A stretch of 64,000 bases of DNA, from NCBI GenBank assembly GCA_035512635.1, contig DATKDR010000010.1, forward strand, positions 55 to 64,054, written 5' to 3'. Every line of letters starts with the position of its first letter. Positions within the stretch are counted from its first letter, which is position 1. Source of the DNA: Longimicrobiales bacterium (lineage in GTDB: Bacteria > Gemmatimonadota > Gemmatimonadetes > Longimicrobiales > RSA9). The notes beneath the pieces were generated by a model. It ran no database searches. It saw nothing but the letters and a program-made list of their open reading frames with translations, and was not told the origin of the DNA. The translations under genes were made by a program, and so were the position numbers. Positions 52,537 through 62,160 of this stretch are shown here, in pieces.

Positions 52537-53726
52537 GCGGCGTGCGCATGCCGGTTGCGCCGCGCGAGTGGATCGGCGCGGACGAGTACCCGTGGCCGGC
52601 CGCGGCCTCGCTCGGCGAAGGGGACGCGATCATCGCGTGCTACTGCGTCGTGGAGGCCCAGTCGCTGCTCACCAGGCACCAGAAGCCGTACCTCAAGCTG
52701 CAGCTCAGCGATCGGCACGGTCCGATCGAGGCGCGCGTCTGGGAGGACGCGCAGCGCATCGAGGCGCTGGCCCTGCCCGGCGCCTTCGTCGGCGTGCGCG
52801 GACGCGTCGAGATCTTCAACGGCATGCGGCAGATCCGGGTGGAGAAGCTCGATGCCCTGCGGGTCGAGATCGACGACCTGGACATGTTCATGCCCCGCTC
52901 GCCGCGGGATCCGATCGCCATGGCGCGCGAGCTGGACGAGCTGATCTACTCGGTACAGGACAAGCCGCTGCGGGCGCTGCTGCTGCGCCTCCTCGGTGCC
53001 GAGACGCCCACTGGCCGCGCCTTCCGGCGTGCGCCGGCCGCCAAGTTCAACCACCACGCGTACGTGGGCGGGCTGCTCGAGCACACGCTCTCGGTCACCC
53101 ACCTGTGCGCCATGATGGCGCGACACTATGGCGCGGAAGTCGACCGTGACCTGCTCATCACCGGATCGCTGCTCCACGATATCGGCAAGATCGACGAGAT
53201 CGGACTGGAGGCGGGTTTTCCGTATACCGGCCGGGGCAAGCTGCTCGGGCATATCCTGATGGGCCTGGACCGCGTGGCGCAGGAGGGGAGGGAAGTCGAT
53301 GACATGGAGCCCGCGCGGCTCGACCTGGTGCTCCATCTCGTCGCCAGCCACCAGGGCAAGTACGAGTGGCAGAGTCCGCGCGAGCCGCGCATCCTGGAGG
53401 CGGTGCTGCTGCACCACGCGGACGACCTCGACGCGAAGATGCAGCTCGCGCTGGATCTGTCCCGCCGCGTCGAAGGTGGCTGGAGCGAGTACAGTCGCAA
53501 TATCGGCGGCGAGATCCTGCGTCACCGGTCGGCCGAGGAAGCCAGCGCGCTGCGCGAGGCGGAGCGCGAGCGGGAGGCCGGGTCCAACGGAGGCCCGGTT
53601 GCGCCGCGTACCGAGCCGAAGGCCGGCCGCCGGGACCCCGGTAGCGGTGAGGAGCGCCCTCCTCGGCCCCCTGCGCCCGGGCGCGAGGAGTCAGCCGCCC
53701 CCAGCTTCGACCTGTTCGAGGAATAG
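52533..53726 (+). CDS. YhaM-like 3'-5' exoribonuclease (OB-fold plus HD domain)
   Basis: 397 aa from ATG 52533 (ATGA overlap). OB region YLKLQLSDRHGPIEARVW and HD region LLHDIGK...HHADDLD. Confidence 0.8.
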   Translation: MSGVRMPVAPREWIGADEYPWPAAASLGEGDAIIACYCVVEAQSLLTRHQKPYLKLQLSDRHGPIEARVWEDAQRIEALALPGAFVGVRGRVEIFNGMRQIRVEKLDALRVEIDDLDMFMPRSPRDPIAMARELDELIYSVQDKPLRALLLRLLGAETPTGRAFRRAPAAKFNHHAYVGGLLEHTLSVTHLCAMMARHYGAEVDRDLLITGSLLHDIGKIDEIGLEAGFPYTGRGKLLGHILMGLDRVAQEGREVDDMEPARLDLVLHLVASHQGKYEWQSPREPRILEAVLLHHADDLDAKMQLALDLSRRVEGGWSEYSRNIGGEILRHRSAEEASALREAEREREAGSNGGPVAPRTEPKAGRRDPGSGEERPPRPPAPGREESAAPSFDLFEE

Positions 53727-53772
53727 CAGGGCTGAAAGGAGTCCGCGGCCCAGCGCGCCCGTTACGTGAAGA

Positions 53773-53809
53773 GGGCCAGGGTTCCGTGAGGAATCCTGGC
53801 CCTTTCGTT
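53773..53809 (+). terminator. Strong rho-independent terminator
   Basis: 13-bp stem 53773-53785/53790-53802 (one G-U), GTGA tetraloop, then TTTCGTT. Confidence 0.8.
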
Positions 53810-53847
53810 GTCGCTCGCGTTCCGCGAGAAGCTCGGCGTCCTGAACG

Positions 53848-54381
53848 TCAGAAGGCGAGCCCGAAGGCCACCCGGCCGGTCGGCAGGATCAGCGGAATGT
53901 CGTCGTCGACCTCGCCGAAGTAGTAGCGCTTCGCGCCGATGCCCGTGGCCAGGAACCAGCGCTGGGTATCCCCGAGCAGCCACGTCCAGTTCAGGTCCAC
54001 GCCGAAAGCCAGCCCGGTCGCGGAATCCTCCTCGCCGGTCACATCGTCGTTGAAGCCGACGCGCGCCGCTCCGATGATGCCGCCGATGGCGAAGCCCTCG
54101 AGCGCGCGATTCGGGTAGAATCGGCCCTTCAGGTCCACCGCGAGCCACGACACCTCGCCACCCCCGACGTCGTCGCCGAAGGAAAAGTAGCCGACGCCGA
54201 GCGCGCCCGTCGTCTCCTCACCCAGCTTCCGCTCGTATTCGGCCTGGAGCACCTCGAAGAGAGCGAGGATCGGGCTGAAGGAAATCGCCTGCGTGCGCTC
54301 GACCTCTGTCCGCGGCGATTGCGCCGCCAGCGGTGCCAAGGTCAGAGTGAGCATCGTGATGGCGAACGCGAAACGTCTCAT
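53848..54381 (-). CDS. Small outer-membrane beta-barrel protein
   Basis: 177 aa from ATG 54381 (AGGAG SD). Signal peptide ending LAAQ. Ends ...VAFGLAF. Confidence 0.6.
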   Translation of the reverse strand: MRRFAFAITMLTLTLAPLAAQSPRTEVERTQAISFSPILALFEVLQAEYERKLGEETTGALGVGYFSFGDDVGGGEVSWLAVDLKGRFYPNRALEGFAIGGIIGAARVGFNDDVTGEEDSATGLAFGVDLNWTWLLGDTQRWFLATGIGAKRYYFGEVDDDIPLILPTGRVAFGLAF

Positions 54382-54496
54382 TTGGCAGCTCCTGAGCGAG
54401 GTCGGGGAACGCGGAAAGATCAAAAAAGCGTCCCGGGCCGGTGCGGCCGGGGACGCTGATTCGCTTGCGATCGGGTGGCGCGACGCCCGCTAAGGC

Positions 54497-54760
54497 CTAC
54501 GCCCGAGCTCTCAGCGAGGCGACGTGCTTCGCCAGCTGGGACTTCTTGCGAGCCGCCTTGTTCCGGTGCACCAGGTTGCGGGTCGCGTAGCGATCGAGCA
54601 GCGCCGACGTCTCACGGAACGCCTGCTCCGCCGTCTCCGCGTCCGTGGCCGTGACGCAGCGCTTGATCGCCGTCCGCAGACGCGAACGCTGGGCCTTGTT
54701 GTGATCGGCACGGCGTACCGACTGCCGGGCCCGCTTGATGGCGCTCTTCGTGTTGGGCAT
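54497..54760 (-). CDS. rpsT: 30S ribosomal protein S20
   Basis: 87 aa. PNTKSAIKRARQS and NKAARKKS. Confidence 0.9.
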   Translation of the reverse strand: MPNTKSAIKRARQSVRRADHNKAQRSRLRTAIKRCVTATDAETAEQAFRETSALLDRYATRNLVHRNKAARKKSQLAKHVASLRARA

Positions 54761-54802
54761 CTCTTCGGGGTGCTCTTTGCGTTTACGCGGTTGCAGCCGA
54801 TG

Positions 54803-54831
54803 AGTTTAGCCCAACCGGGCGGGCGGGTCAA
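54803..54831 (-). promoter_or_regulatory. Candidate rpsT promoter TTGACC-N17-TAAACT
   Basis: On the minus strand, -35 at 54831-54826 and -10 at 54808-54803, leaving a leader of about 36 nt. Confidence 0.55.
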
Positions 54832-54833
54832 GC

Positions 54834-55005
54834 GGGAGGGGCGTCGCTTCGCTCGCCGTGAGGGCCCTGCCGGGCGGGAGGGCGCCCTGCGGGCGGCGGG
54901 AGGGCTGCGCGGGGGCGTTCCCTGGGCAGGACGGGCTCGTGTCCGTGTCTGGCTCGCCGCGCGGCGCAGCCGCCCTCCCTCGACCACGTGGCCGCCCTCC
55001 CTCCC
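54834..55005. repeat. Three GGGAGGG motifs facing two to three CCCTCCC motifs
   Basis: GGGAGGG at 54834-40, 54876-82 and 54898-904. CCCTCCC at 54973-79 and 54995-55005. All are embedded in a shared (G)CGGGAGGGC(GGC) context. Confidence 0.6.
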
Positions 55006-55884
55006 AGTGATTACCTTCCGGCCCGTAATCACCCCCGCGTCCTGGAACCTGCCCCTTTGAGTATAGCCACAGCAACCATCGACCCTACCGGCCAGGAGTT
55101 CACGGTCGAGCTGGACCGCTTCTCGGGACCGCTCGAGCTCCTTCTGCATCTGATTCGCGAGCAGGACATCGACATCTTCGACATCCCCATCGCCCAGGTG
55201 ACGCAGCAGTTCCTGAACGCGATCGAGGGGGTCGAGCACCTGGGGATCGATCGGGCGGGCGAATTCCTGGAGATGGCCGCGACGCTGATCCGCATCAAGT
55301 CGCAGATGCTGCTGCCGCGGCGGCAGGACGAGGAAGGAGAGCTGGAGGATCCGCGGGCGGAACTGGTGCGTCGCCTGCTCGAGTACGAGCACTTCCGCGA
55401 GGTGGCGCGCCGGCTGGAGGATGCCGAGGGCGATCGCACGCGGCATTTCGCGCGCGGCTATGTGCCGCCGCTGCCGAAGCGCGCGTCAGCGGAGGCGCCG
55501 CTCGAGGTGACGTGGGAGCAGGTGCAGGCGGCGATCGAGCAGATGGCGGAGCGGACGCGCGTGCCGGACCCGCACCGCGTGGAGCACCGGGCGATCCCGC
55601 TGGAGGAGAAGCTCGAGCTGATCGTGCAGACGCTGGAGCGGGTGGCGCGCGTCGAGTTCCGGACGCTGCTGGCGCCGTACAGCGATCGGCGTCACGGCGT
55701 CGTCACCTTCCTGGCCGGTCTGGAGCTGGCGCGCCAGAAGGCGCTGCTGCTCCGGCAGCGGGACCTGTTCGCTCCGCTCTGGTTCCTGCGTCGCGATGCC
55801 GATGCGCTGCGCAACGCCTACGTACCCACCGACGACGACACCTCGCCCGAGACCTCGGACAATGCAGACGACGCAAATCGTTGA
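54988..55884 (+). CDS. scpA: Segregation and condensation protein A
   Basis: FSGPLELLLHLIREQDIDIFDIPIAQV. The ORF-track start is GTG 54988, inside the C-rich repeat. TTG 55057 is the more likely start given codon bias and N-terminal length. Confidence 0.85.
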   Translation: MAALPPSDYLPARNHPRVLEPAPLSIATATIDPTGQEFTVELDRFSGPLELLLHLIREQDIDIFDIPIAQVTQQFLNAIEGVEHLGIDRAGEFLEMAATLIRIKSQMLLPRRQDEEGELEDPRAELVRRLLEYEHFREVARRLEDAEGDRTRHFARGYVPPLPKRASAEAPLEVTWEQVQAAIEQMAERTRVPDPHRVEHRAIPLEEKLELIVQTLERVARVEFRTLLAPYSDRRHGVVTFLAGLELARQKALLLRQRDLFAPLWFLRRDADALRNAYVPTDDDTSPETSDNADDANR

Positions 55885-56644
55885 AGCCCTGCTCTTCGCG
55901 AGCGACGCACCGCTCACGGCGGGCGACATCGCGCGCGCGGAGGAATCGCTGGACGAGGACGCGGTCGAGGCCGCCGTGCAGGAGCTGCGCGCCGGGTACG
56001 AGGCGAACGGCCGCGCGTTCCAGATCTACGAGGTGGCGGGAGGCTACCAGATCATGACGCTGCCCGACTTCGCGCCGTACCTCGAGCGCTTCGCCACCGT
56101 GCCGCAGTCGTCGAAGCTGTCGCAGGCGGCGCTGGAGGCGCTCGCGGTCATCGCCTATCGCCAGCCGATCGATCGCTCGGAGATCGAGGAGATCCGCGGC
56201 GTGGCGTCTTCCGGTGTGCTGCGCACGCTCCAGGATCGCGCACTGATCGAGGTCGTGGGTCGCGGCGTGGGGCTGGGTCGGCCGATGCTGTACGGCACCA
56301 CCGGCAAATTCCTCGAGCACTTCGGCTTCCGCTCGCTGGACGACCTGCCCCGTTCGGAGGAGCTGCCCATCGTGTTGACGGGCATCGAGCCGCCGCCCGC
56401 GCGACGGGCGGACGATCCGCCGGGTCTGCTCGACCCGGACGCGAGGGAGGATCGAGCCGCGGAATCCCAGGCGGGCGAGGAGGTCGCCGCGCTGGCCGAC
56501 CGACCGGTGACCGAGCGGGTGAACTTCGACGAGGACGACGTCGCGGAGCCGGGCGCCGAGGAGGATCAGGATTCGGACGAGGAAGAAGACTCACGCGGCG
56601 GCGCGTCTTCCACCTCGACGTCGACCTTCACTTCGGCGGGCTAG
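55862..56644 (+). CDS. scpB: Segregation and condensation protein B
   Basis: 260 aa from ATG 55862. IVEALLFASDAPL and YGTTGKFLEHFGFRSLDDLP, with an acidic C-terminal tail. Confidence 0.85.
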   Translation: MQTTQIVEALLFASDAPLTAGDIARAEESLDEDAVEAAVQELRAGYEANGRAFQIYEVAGGYQIMTLPDFAPYLERFATVPQSSKLSQAALEALAVIAYRQPIDRSEIEEIRGVASSGVLRTLQDRALIEVVGRGVGLGRPMLYGTTGKFLEHFGFRSLDDLPRSEELPIVLTGIEPPPARRADDPPGLLDPDAREDRAAESQAGEEVAALADRPVTERVNFDEDDVAEPGAEEDQDSDEEEDSRGGASSTSTSTFTSAG

Positions 56645-56720
56645 AAGTGGACCGCTGTCGTCGCTGTCCCGAACATCCATGACACGCCCCGGCAGCGGGA
56701 ATTTCGGAACGTTACCCTAG

Positions 56721-57440
56721 GTGCGGCTCCAGAAATATCTCTCGCGCGCGGGCGTCGCGTCGCGGCGACGCGCCGAGAGCATGATGGCGGCGGGTCGCGT
56801 GCGGGTGAACGGGGAAGTGGCGCGCGAGATGGGCGTCACGGTGGATCCCGACCGGGACCTCGTCGAAGTCGATGGCCGCCCCGTCTCGATCGCCGCGCCG
56901 GTATGGCTGGCGCTGCACAAGCCCCCCGGTTACATCACCACGCGCCGCGATCCGGGCGGACGCGCGACGGTCTACGACCTTCTGCCGGACCAGCATCACG
57001 GCCTGTTTTACGTCGGGCGGCTCGACTACGAAAGCGAGGGACTGGTGCTGCTGACGAACCAGGGAGACCTGGCGAATCGTCTCTTGCACCCGAGCCAGGA
57101 GGTAGAGCGCGTCTACGAGGTCGTCGTCGAGGGCGATCCGGATGCCGGCGCGGAGCACCGCCTGCGCTTCGGCGTGCGCCTGGAGGACGGCACGGCCCGC
57201 GTGGCCCGCCTGGATCGACTCAGCCGTGCGCCGGGCGGCGCGACGAAGCTTCGCGTGGTCATGCTCGAGGGACGGAAGCGCGAGGTGCGCCGGCTGTTCG
57301 ACGCCGTCGGCTTCCCGGTTCGACGACTGGTCCGCGTCGCGTTCGGTCCGGTCCGTCTCGGGGACCTGCCGCCGCGCGCCTGGCGCGGATTGACCGACGC
57401 GGAAGTGGATGCACTCGCCGAGGTGGCCGGACATTCCTGA
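56721..57440 (+). CDS. Pseudouridine synthase, RsuA/RluB family
   Basis: 239 aa with a GTG start. S4 domain (RLQKYLSRAGVASRR) and catalytic GRLDYESEGLVLLTN. Confidence 0.85.
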   Translation: MRLQKYLSRAGVASRRRAESMMAAGRVRVNGEVAREMGVTVDPDRDLVEVDGRPVSIAAPVWLALHKPPGYITTRRDPGGRATVYDLLPDQHHGLFYVGRLDYESEGLVLLTNQGDLANRLLHPSQEVERVYEVVVEGDPDAGAEHRLRFGVRLEDGTARVARLDRLSRAPGGATKLRVVMLEGRKREVRRLFDAVGFPVRRLVRVAFGPVRLGDLPPRAWRGLTDAEVDALAEVAGHS

Positions 57441-57494
57441 TCGACTGCAACGCGCGACGCCGCCGTGCGGACGCCGCGCCGGAAGCCGCGAGTC

Positions 57495-59150
57495 ATGGAG
57501 CTAGAGAAGCGTACGGTGGCGATCCTCGGCGGGCCCGGTCTGGTCGGGCTCGCCGTGGCGCGCCGCACCTTCGAGCACCACCCGGCTCGCATCGTCCTGA
57601 GCGCGCTCACCCGCGCCGAAGCGGAGCGCGGCGTCGACGAGCTGTCGAGCGATCCCGCCTGGGACGATTCCATCCAGCTCATCCCGTCCTGGGGTGACAT
57701 CTTCCTCCCGGCGGCGCTGCGCGAGCGCACGCGCACGGACGTGATGGCGGACGCGGACGCGCGCGCGACGCTCCTGGACGATCTCTACGGCGAGCTGACG
57801 GACGACGTGCTGCGCCGCTCCGCCCTCGGATCGCTCCTCCTCGAGTATCGTCCCGAGATCATCATCGACTGCGTCAACACAGCGACCGCCCTGGCCTACC
57901 AGAACGTGTACGCCAGCGCCCAGGATCTGCGCGTACGTGCGCGCCGGGGCAGCGCGGATCTCGAGGCCGTCGAGAAGCACCTCGCCACGCTCTACCTGCC
58001 GCAGCTCATCCGGCACGTGCAGATCGCGCTGGAGGCGATGAAGCGCGCGGGCACGCGCTTCTACCTGAAGGTCGGCACGGCGGGCACGGGCGGAATGGGT
58101 CTGAACATCCCGTTCACCCACTCGGAGGAGCGGCCCAGCCGGGTGCTGCTGTCCAAGGCCGGCCTCGCGGGGGCGCACACGCTGTTGCTGTATCTGATGG
58201 CGCGCACGCCCGACGCTCCCGCGGTCAAGGAGATCAAGCCGACGGCGGCCATAAGCTGGAAGCGGATCGCCTACGGCGAGGTGCGGCGCGGCGGCAGGCC
58301 GATTCCGGTGCACGATGCGACACGCACGGTCGCGCTCGACGAGGCGTTCGGTCCCGCCGCCGCGGATTCCTCCGTCGACACCGGCGAGACGCTCAGCGGT
58401 GTGTTCATTGACGCCGGCGAGAACGGGTTGTTCAGCCTGGCGGAGTTCGAGACGCTGACGGCGCTCGGCCTGATGGAGTTCATCACACCGGAGGAGATCG
58501 CGGAATCGGTGATCCGCGAGATTCGCGGCTACGCGACGGGGCACGATGTGGTGGCCGCCCTGGACGCGGCCACGTCCGGTCCGACGTACCGGGCGGGGGT
58601 CCTGCGCGGCGTGGCCCTCGAAGCGATGGAGCGACTCGAGAGGGAACATGGAGTCGAGGCGGTGGCGTACGAGATGCTCGGGCCGCCGCGTCTGTCGAAG
58701 CTGCTGTTCGAGGCGGCGGTGCTCGGTCGTCTGTACCGCACGGTAGACGAAGCTTCGGAGCTGGACCCGGATCGCGCGGCGGAGGACGCGGAGCAGCTAA
58801 TCCGCGCCGACCGGAACCTGCGCACGCGCATGCTTTCGATCGGCCTGCCGATCCTGATGCCCGACGGGCGTTCGCTGCTGCGCGGCGCGGTGGTCAAGGT
58901 CGTGCCCGAGGCCGGTCAGGCCGCGGACGATCCGCGCCTCGTCGACAACGGCTGGATCGACCTCCGGTCGGTCAACTGGAAGCGCTGGCGCGAGCGCCTG
59001 AAGGCGATGTCCGTGCAGCGGCGCGCGCCCGGGCCCGCCTTCGGCAGCCGCTCGAACGCGCCGGCCCAGTTCTCCGAGGCGGTGCGGCCCGGTCAGCTGG
59101 CGGCATGGGTCTTCCGCAGCGAGGACCACGGCGAGCGAATCAAGCGATGA
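57495..59150 (+). CDS. Uncharacterised 551-aa protein with an N-terminal Rossmann-type dinucleotide-binding motif
   Basis: VAILGGPGLVGLAV and IIIDCVNTA suggest an NAD(P)-binding fold. GTAGTGGMGLNIPFTHSE and the large C-terminal region are not recognised. Confidence 0.6.
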   Translation: MELEKRTVAILGGPGLVGLAVARRTFEHHPARIVLSALTRAEAERGVDELSSDPAWDDSIQLIPSWGDIFLPAALRERTRTDVMADADARATLLDDLYGELTDDVLRRSALGSLLLEYRPEIIIDCVNTATALAYQNVYASAQDLRVRARRGSADLEAVEKHLATLYLPQLIRHVQIALEAMKRAGTRFYLKVGTAGTGGMGLNIPFTHSEERPSRVLLSKAGLAGAHTLLLYLMARTPDAPAVKEIKPTAAISWKRIAYGEVRRGGRPIPVHDATRTVALDEAFGPAAADSSVDTGETLSGVFIDAGENGLFSLAEFETLTALGLMEFITPEEIAESVIREIRGYATGHDVVAALDAATSGPTYRAGVLRGVALEAMERLEREHGVEAVAYEMLGPPRLSKLLFEAAVLGRLYRTVDEASELDPDRAAEDAEQLIRADRNLRTRMLSIGLPILMPDGRSLLRGAVVKVVPEAGQAADDPRLVDNGWIDLRSVNWKRWRERLKAMSVQRRAPGPAFGSRSNAPAQFSEAVRPGQLAAWVFRSEDHGERIKR

Positions 59151-59160
59151 CGGGAGCCTC

Positions 59161-60201
59161 ATGAGCGAGTACGGCGGGACGATGGCTGGCGGCTCGGCCG
59201 GGACGGGCGCGGCGGGCGCGATGATGCCGCCGGGCGGCGCGACGCCGACGGGCGGACGCGAGCTGACGCGGCGCATCCGCCAGGAGCTGCACAAGCGCGT
59301 GGTCGGTCAGGAGGCGATGATCGACGGGCTGATGATCGGTCTGCTGACGGGGGGTCACGTGCTGCTGGAAGGCGTGCCGGGACTCGCCAAGACGCTCACG
59401 GTTCGATCCCTCGCCGATGCGCTCGACGTCGCGTTCCAGCGCGTGCAGTTCACGCCCGACCTGCTGCCGGCGGACGTGGTCGGCACGATGATCTACAATC
59501 AGCGAACGGGAGAGTTCACGGCGAAGAAGGGGCCGATCTTCGCGAACCTGGTCCTCGCCGACGAGATCAACCGGGCGCCGCCCAAGGTGCAGTCGGCGCT
59601 GCTCGAGGCGATGCAGGAGCATCAGGTGACGATCGGCGGCGAGACGTTTCCGCTGCCGGAGCCGTTCCTCGTGCTCGCGACGCAGAACCCGATCGAGCAG
59701 GAGGGAACCTACCCGTTGCCGGAGGCGCAGGTCGACCGCTTCATGCTGAAGCTGCGAGTCGGGTATCCGGACAAGGCGACGGAGAAGGAGATCATGCGGC
59801 GCATGTCGGGTCGCGAGCTGGAGCCGCTCGGCACGGTCGCCCGGCCGGAGGAGATCCTGGCCGCGCGCGCCGAGATTTCCGGCGTCTACATGGACGAGCG
59901 GATCGCCGACTACATCGTCGAGGTCGTGCACGCGACGCGCGAGCCCGCCGCGGCCGGCCTGCCCGATCTGGCGCCGCTGATCGAATTCGGCGCATCTCCG
60001 CGCGCCACCATCTACCTGGCCACCTGCTCGCGCGCGCACGCCTATCTCGACGGGCGCGGCTACGTGCTGCCGGAGGACGTGAAGGCGGTCGGCTGGGACG
60101 TGCTCCGCCACCGCGTGCTCACCAGCTTCGAAGCCGAAGCCGAGGAAATCACCTCCGACGACGTGGTGACCAGGGTATTCGAGGCTGTGCGGGTGCCCTG
60201 A
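59161..60201 (+). CDS. MoxR-family AAA+ ATPase
   Basis: 346 aa. LEGVPGLAKT (Walker A) and LADEINRAPPKVQSALLEAMQE. Confidence 0.9.
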   Translation: MSEYGGTMAGGSAGTGAAGAMMPPGGATPTGGRELTRRIRQELHKRVVGQEAMIDGLMIGLLTGGHVLLEGVPGLAKTLTVRSLADALDVAFQRVQFTPDLLPADVVGTMIYNQRTGEFTAKKGPIFANLVLADEINRAPPKVQSALLEAMQEHQVTIGGETFPLPEPFLVLATQNPIEQEGTYPLPEAQVDRFMLKLRVGYPDKATEKEIMRRMSGRELEPLGTVARPEEILAARAEISGVYMDERIADYIVEVVHATREPAAAGLPDLAPLIEFGASPRATIYLATCSRAHAYLDGRGYVLPEDVKAVGWDVLRHRVLTSFEAEAEEITSDDVVTRVFEAVRVP

Positions 60202-60208
60202 GGCAGCC

Positions 60209-61180
60209 ATGCCGACCGGATTCGCCGCCACCCCCGCCCCCGTTCCACCGCCCCCTCCCGCTCCCGCTTCACGGAGCTCGCGGAACCCGGTTCCCCGCGA
60301 CGTGCTCCGCCAGGTTCGTCTGATCGAGCTGCGCACGCGCGGCTGGGTCGACACCGTCTTCAGCGGCGAGTACCACTCGGTGTTCAAGGGGCAGGGTATC
60401 GAGTTCTCGGAGGTGCGCGAGTACCAGGCGGGCGACGACGTGCGCAACATCGACTGGAACGTCACCGCGCGCGCGGCCAGGCCGTACATCAAGAAGCACG
60501 TCGAGGAACGCGAGCTGACCGTCCTCCTGGCCGTCGACCTGTCGGGCTCCGAGCAGTTCGGCACGCGCGGCCGCTTCAAGGCGGAGCTGGCGGCGGAGAT
60601 CGCCGCCGTGCTGGCACTGTCGGCCACCCGCAACAACGACCGCGTGGGGCTGCTCATCTTCACCGACGTCGTCGAGCACTTCGTACCGCCGAGAAAGGGC
60701 CGGCGGCACGCGCTGCGCATGATTCGCGACGTCCTCGCGTTCAGCCCCGAGCGTCATGGCACGTCGATCGCGCCCGCGCTCGATTTCGCCGGCCGCCTGC
60801 TGCGTCATCGCTCGATCGTCTTCGTGCTGTCCGACTTCCATGTCGGACCGGAGGGCTTCGAGCCGCTGCAGCGCACGCTCAAGCTGATCGGACGCCGCCA
60901 CGACGTGGTCGCGATCCGCATCGCGGATCCGGCTGAAGGCGAGCTGCCGAACGCCGGGCTGCTCGTGCTCACGGATCCGGAGACGGGCGAGCGCACGGTC
61001 GTCGACAGCGGCAGCAAGGCGGTACGCGTCGAGTACGGGCGCGCGGTGCGTGCCGAGCGCGACGCCCTGCGGCGCCTGTTCCGCCAGCAGGGGGTGGACG
61101 AGGTCGAGGTCTCGACCGCCTCGTCGTACATCGGTCCGCTGCTCGCCTTCTTCCGCAAGCGCGAGCGACGAAGAGGCTAG
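60209..61180 (+). CDS. DUF58 protein (vWA-like, MoxR partner)
   Basis: 323 aa. EYHSVFKGQGIEFSEVREYQAGDDVRNIDW. Confidence 0.85.
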   Translation: MPTGFAATPAPVPPPPPAPASRSSRNPVPRDVLRQVRLIELRTRGWVDTVFSGEYHSVFKGQGIEFSEVREYQAGDDVRNIDWNVTARAARPYIKKHVEERELTVLLAVDLSGSEQFGTRGRFKAELAAEIAAVLALSATRNNDRVGLLIFTDVVEHFVPPRKGRRHALRMIRDVLAFSPERHGTSIAPALDFAGRLLRHRSIVFVLSDFHVGPEGFEPLQRTLKLIGRRHDVVAIRIADPAEGELPNAGLLVLTDPETGERTVVDSGSKAVRVEYGRAVRAERDALRRLFRQQGVDEVEVSTASSYIGPLLAFFRKRERRRG

Positions 61181-61181
61181 C

Positions 61182-62123
61182 ATGGCGGCCCTGCTTCGCG
61201 CGCCGATCTTCCTGTGCCTGGCTCTGACGCTGCCCGCGTCGGCTGCCGCGCAGGAGCTGCGCGCCGCGCTGTCGCCGGACACCGTCACGGTCGGGGACGT
61301 CGCTCGACTCGGCGTGCGCGCCCTGCTGCCGCCCGGCTCGCGCATCCTGCTGCCCGACACGCTCGACATCAGCGGCGACCTCGAGAACGCGGGCCGCAGG
61401 GAGCTCGTCGCCGTCGAGAACCGCGACGGCTCCCGCACCGTCACCGCGGTCTACCCGCTGACGGCGTGGCGGCCGGGAGTCGACACGCTGCCGCCGCTCG
61501 AGATCGTGCTCGAGGTCGACGACCGAAGGATCACGGAGACGCTCGCGTTGCCCGTACTGACCGTCGCTTCGGTGCTGCCGGCGGATACGGCCGGCATCGA
61601 GGCACGGCCGCCCCGTGACGTCATCGGGCCGGCCCGCGTCTGGTGGATCTGGGTGCTGATCGCGCTCGCGATCCTGATCGCGATCGCGCTTCTCGTTTGG
61701 TGGCTGATCCGCCGGCGCCGCGCCCGGCCGGTGGTGCTCGAGCCGGCGCTTTCGCCGCGCGAGCGCGCGCTCGACGAGCTCGCCGCGATCCGCGCCGAGC
61801 GGCTCTTCGACCGGCCTTCGATCGACCCGTTCTACGAGAGGGTGAGCGCGGTGCTGCGCGGCTACCTCTCCGAGGTGGATCCGCGCTGGGGACGCTATCG
61901 CACCACCAGCGAGCTGGCCGCCGCCATACTGCCGGCGACGTCACCCGAGGAGGCCGCGGCGCTGCGCTCGCTCCTGCGGGAGGCCGACGCGGTCAAGTTC
62001 GCCGCCGCGCTCCCCGACGCGCAGGCGGCACAGCGACATCTGGATCAGGTGCAAGCGTGGATCGAGGCCTTCCCGCCTGCGCCGACCTCGAGCGCCGAAG
62101 CGGAGCCGGAGCGCGCGGCATGA
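61182..62123 (+). CDS. Membrane protein of the Bat-type operon (DUF4381/BatD-like)
   Basis: 313 aa. Signal peptide, extracytoplasmic domain, one TM helix (WWIWVLIALAILIAIALLVWWLI) and a helical C-terminal domain. Confidence 0.55.
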   Translation: MAALLRAPIFLCLALTLPASAAAQELRAALSPDTVTVGDVARLGVRALLPPGSRILLPDTLDISGDLENAGRRELVAVENRDGSRTVTAVYPLTAWRPGVDTLPPLEIVLEVDDRRITETLALPVLTVASVLPADTAGIEARPPRDVIGPARVWWIWVLIALAILIAIALLVWWLIRRRRARPVVLEPALSPRERALDELAAIRAERLFDRPSIDPFYERVSAVLRGYLSEVDPRWGRYRTTSELAAAILPATSPEEAAALRSLLREADAVKFAAALPDAQAAQRHLDQVQAWIEAFPPAPTSSAEAEPERAA

Positions 62124-62160
62124 CGCGCGACCGTTGTCTTCGTCGCTCCGGGAGGCGGCC

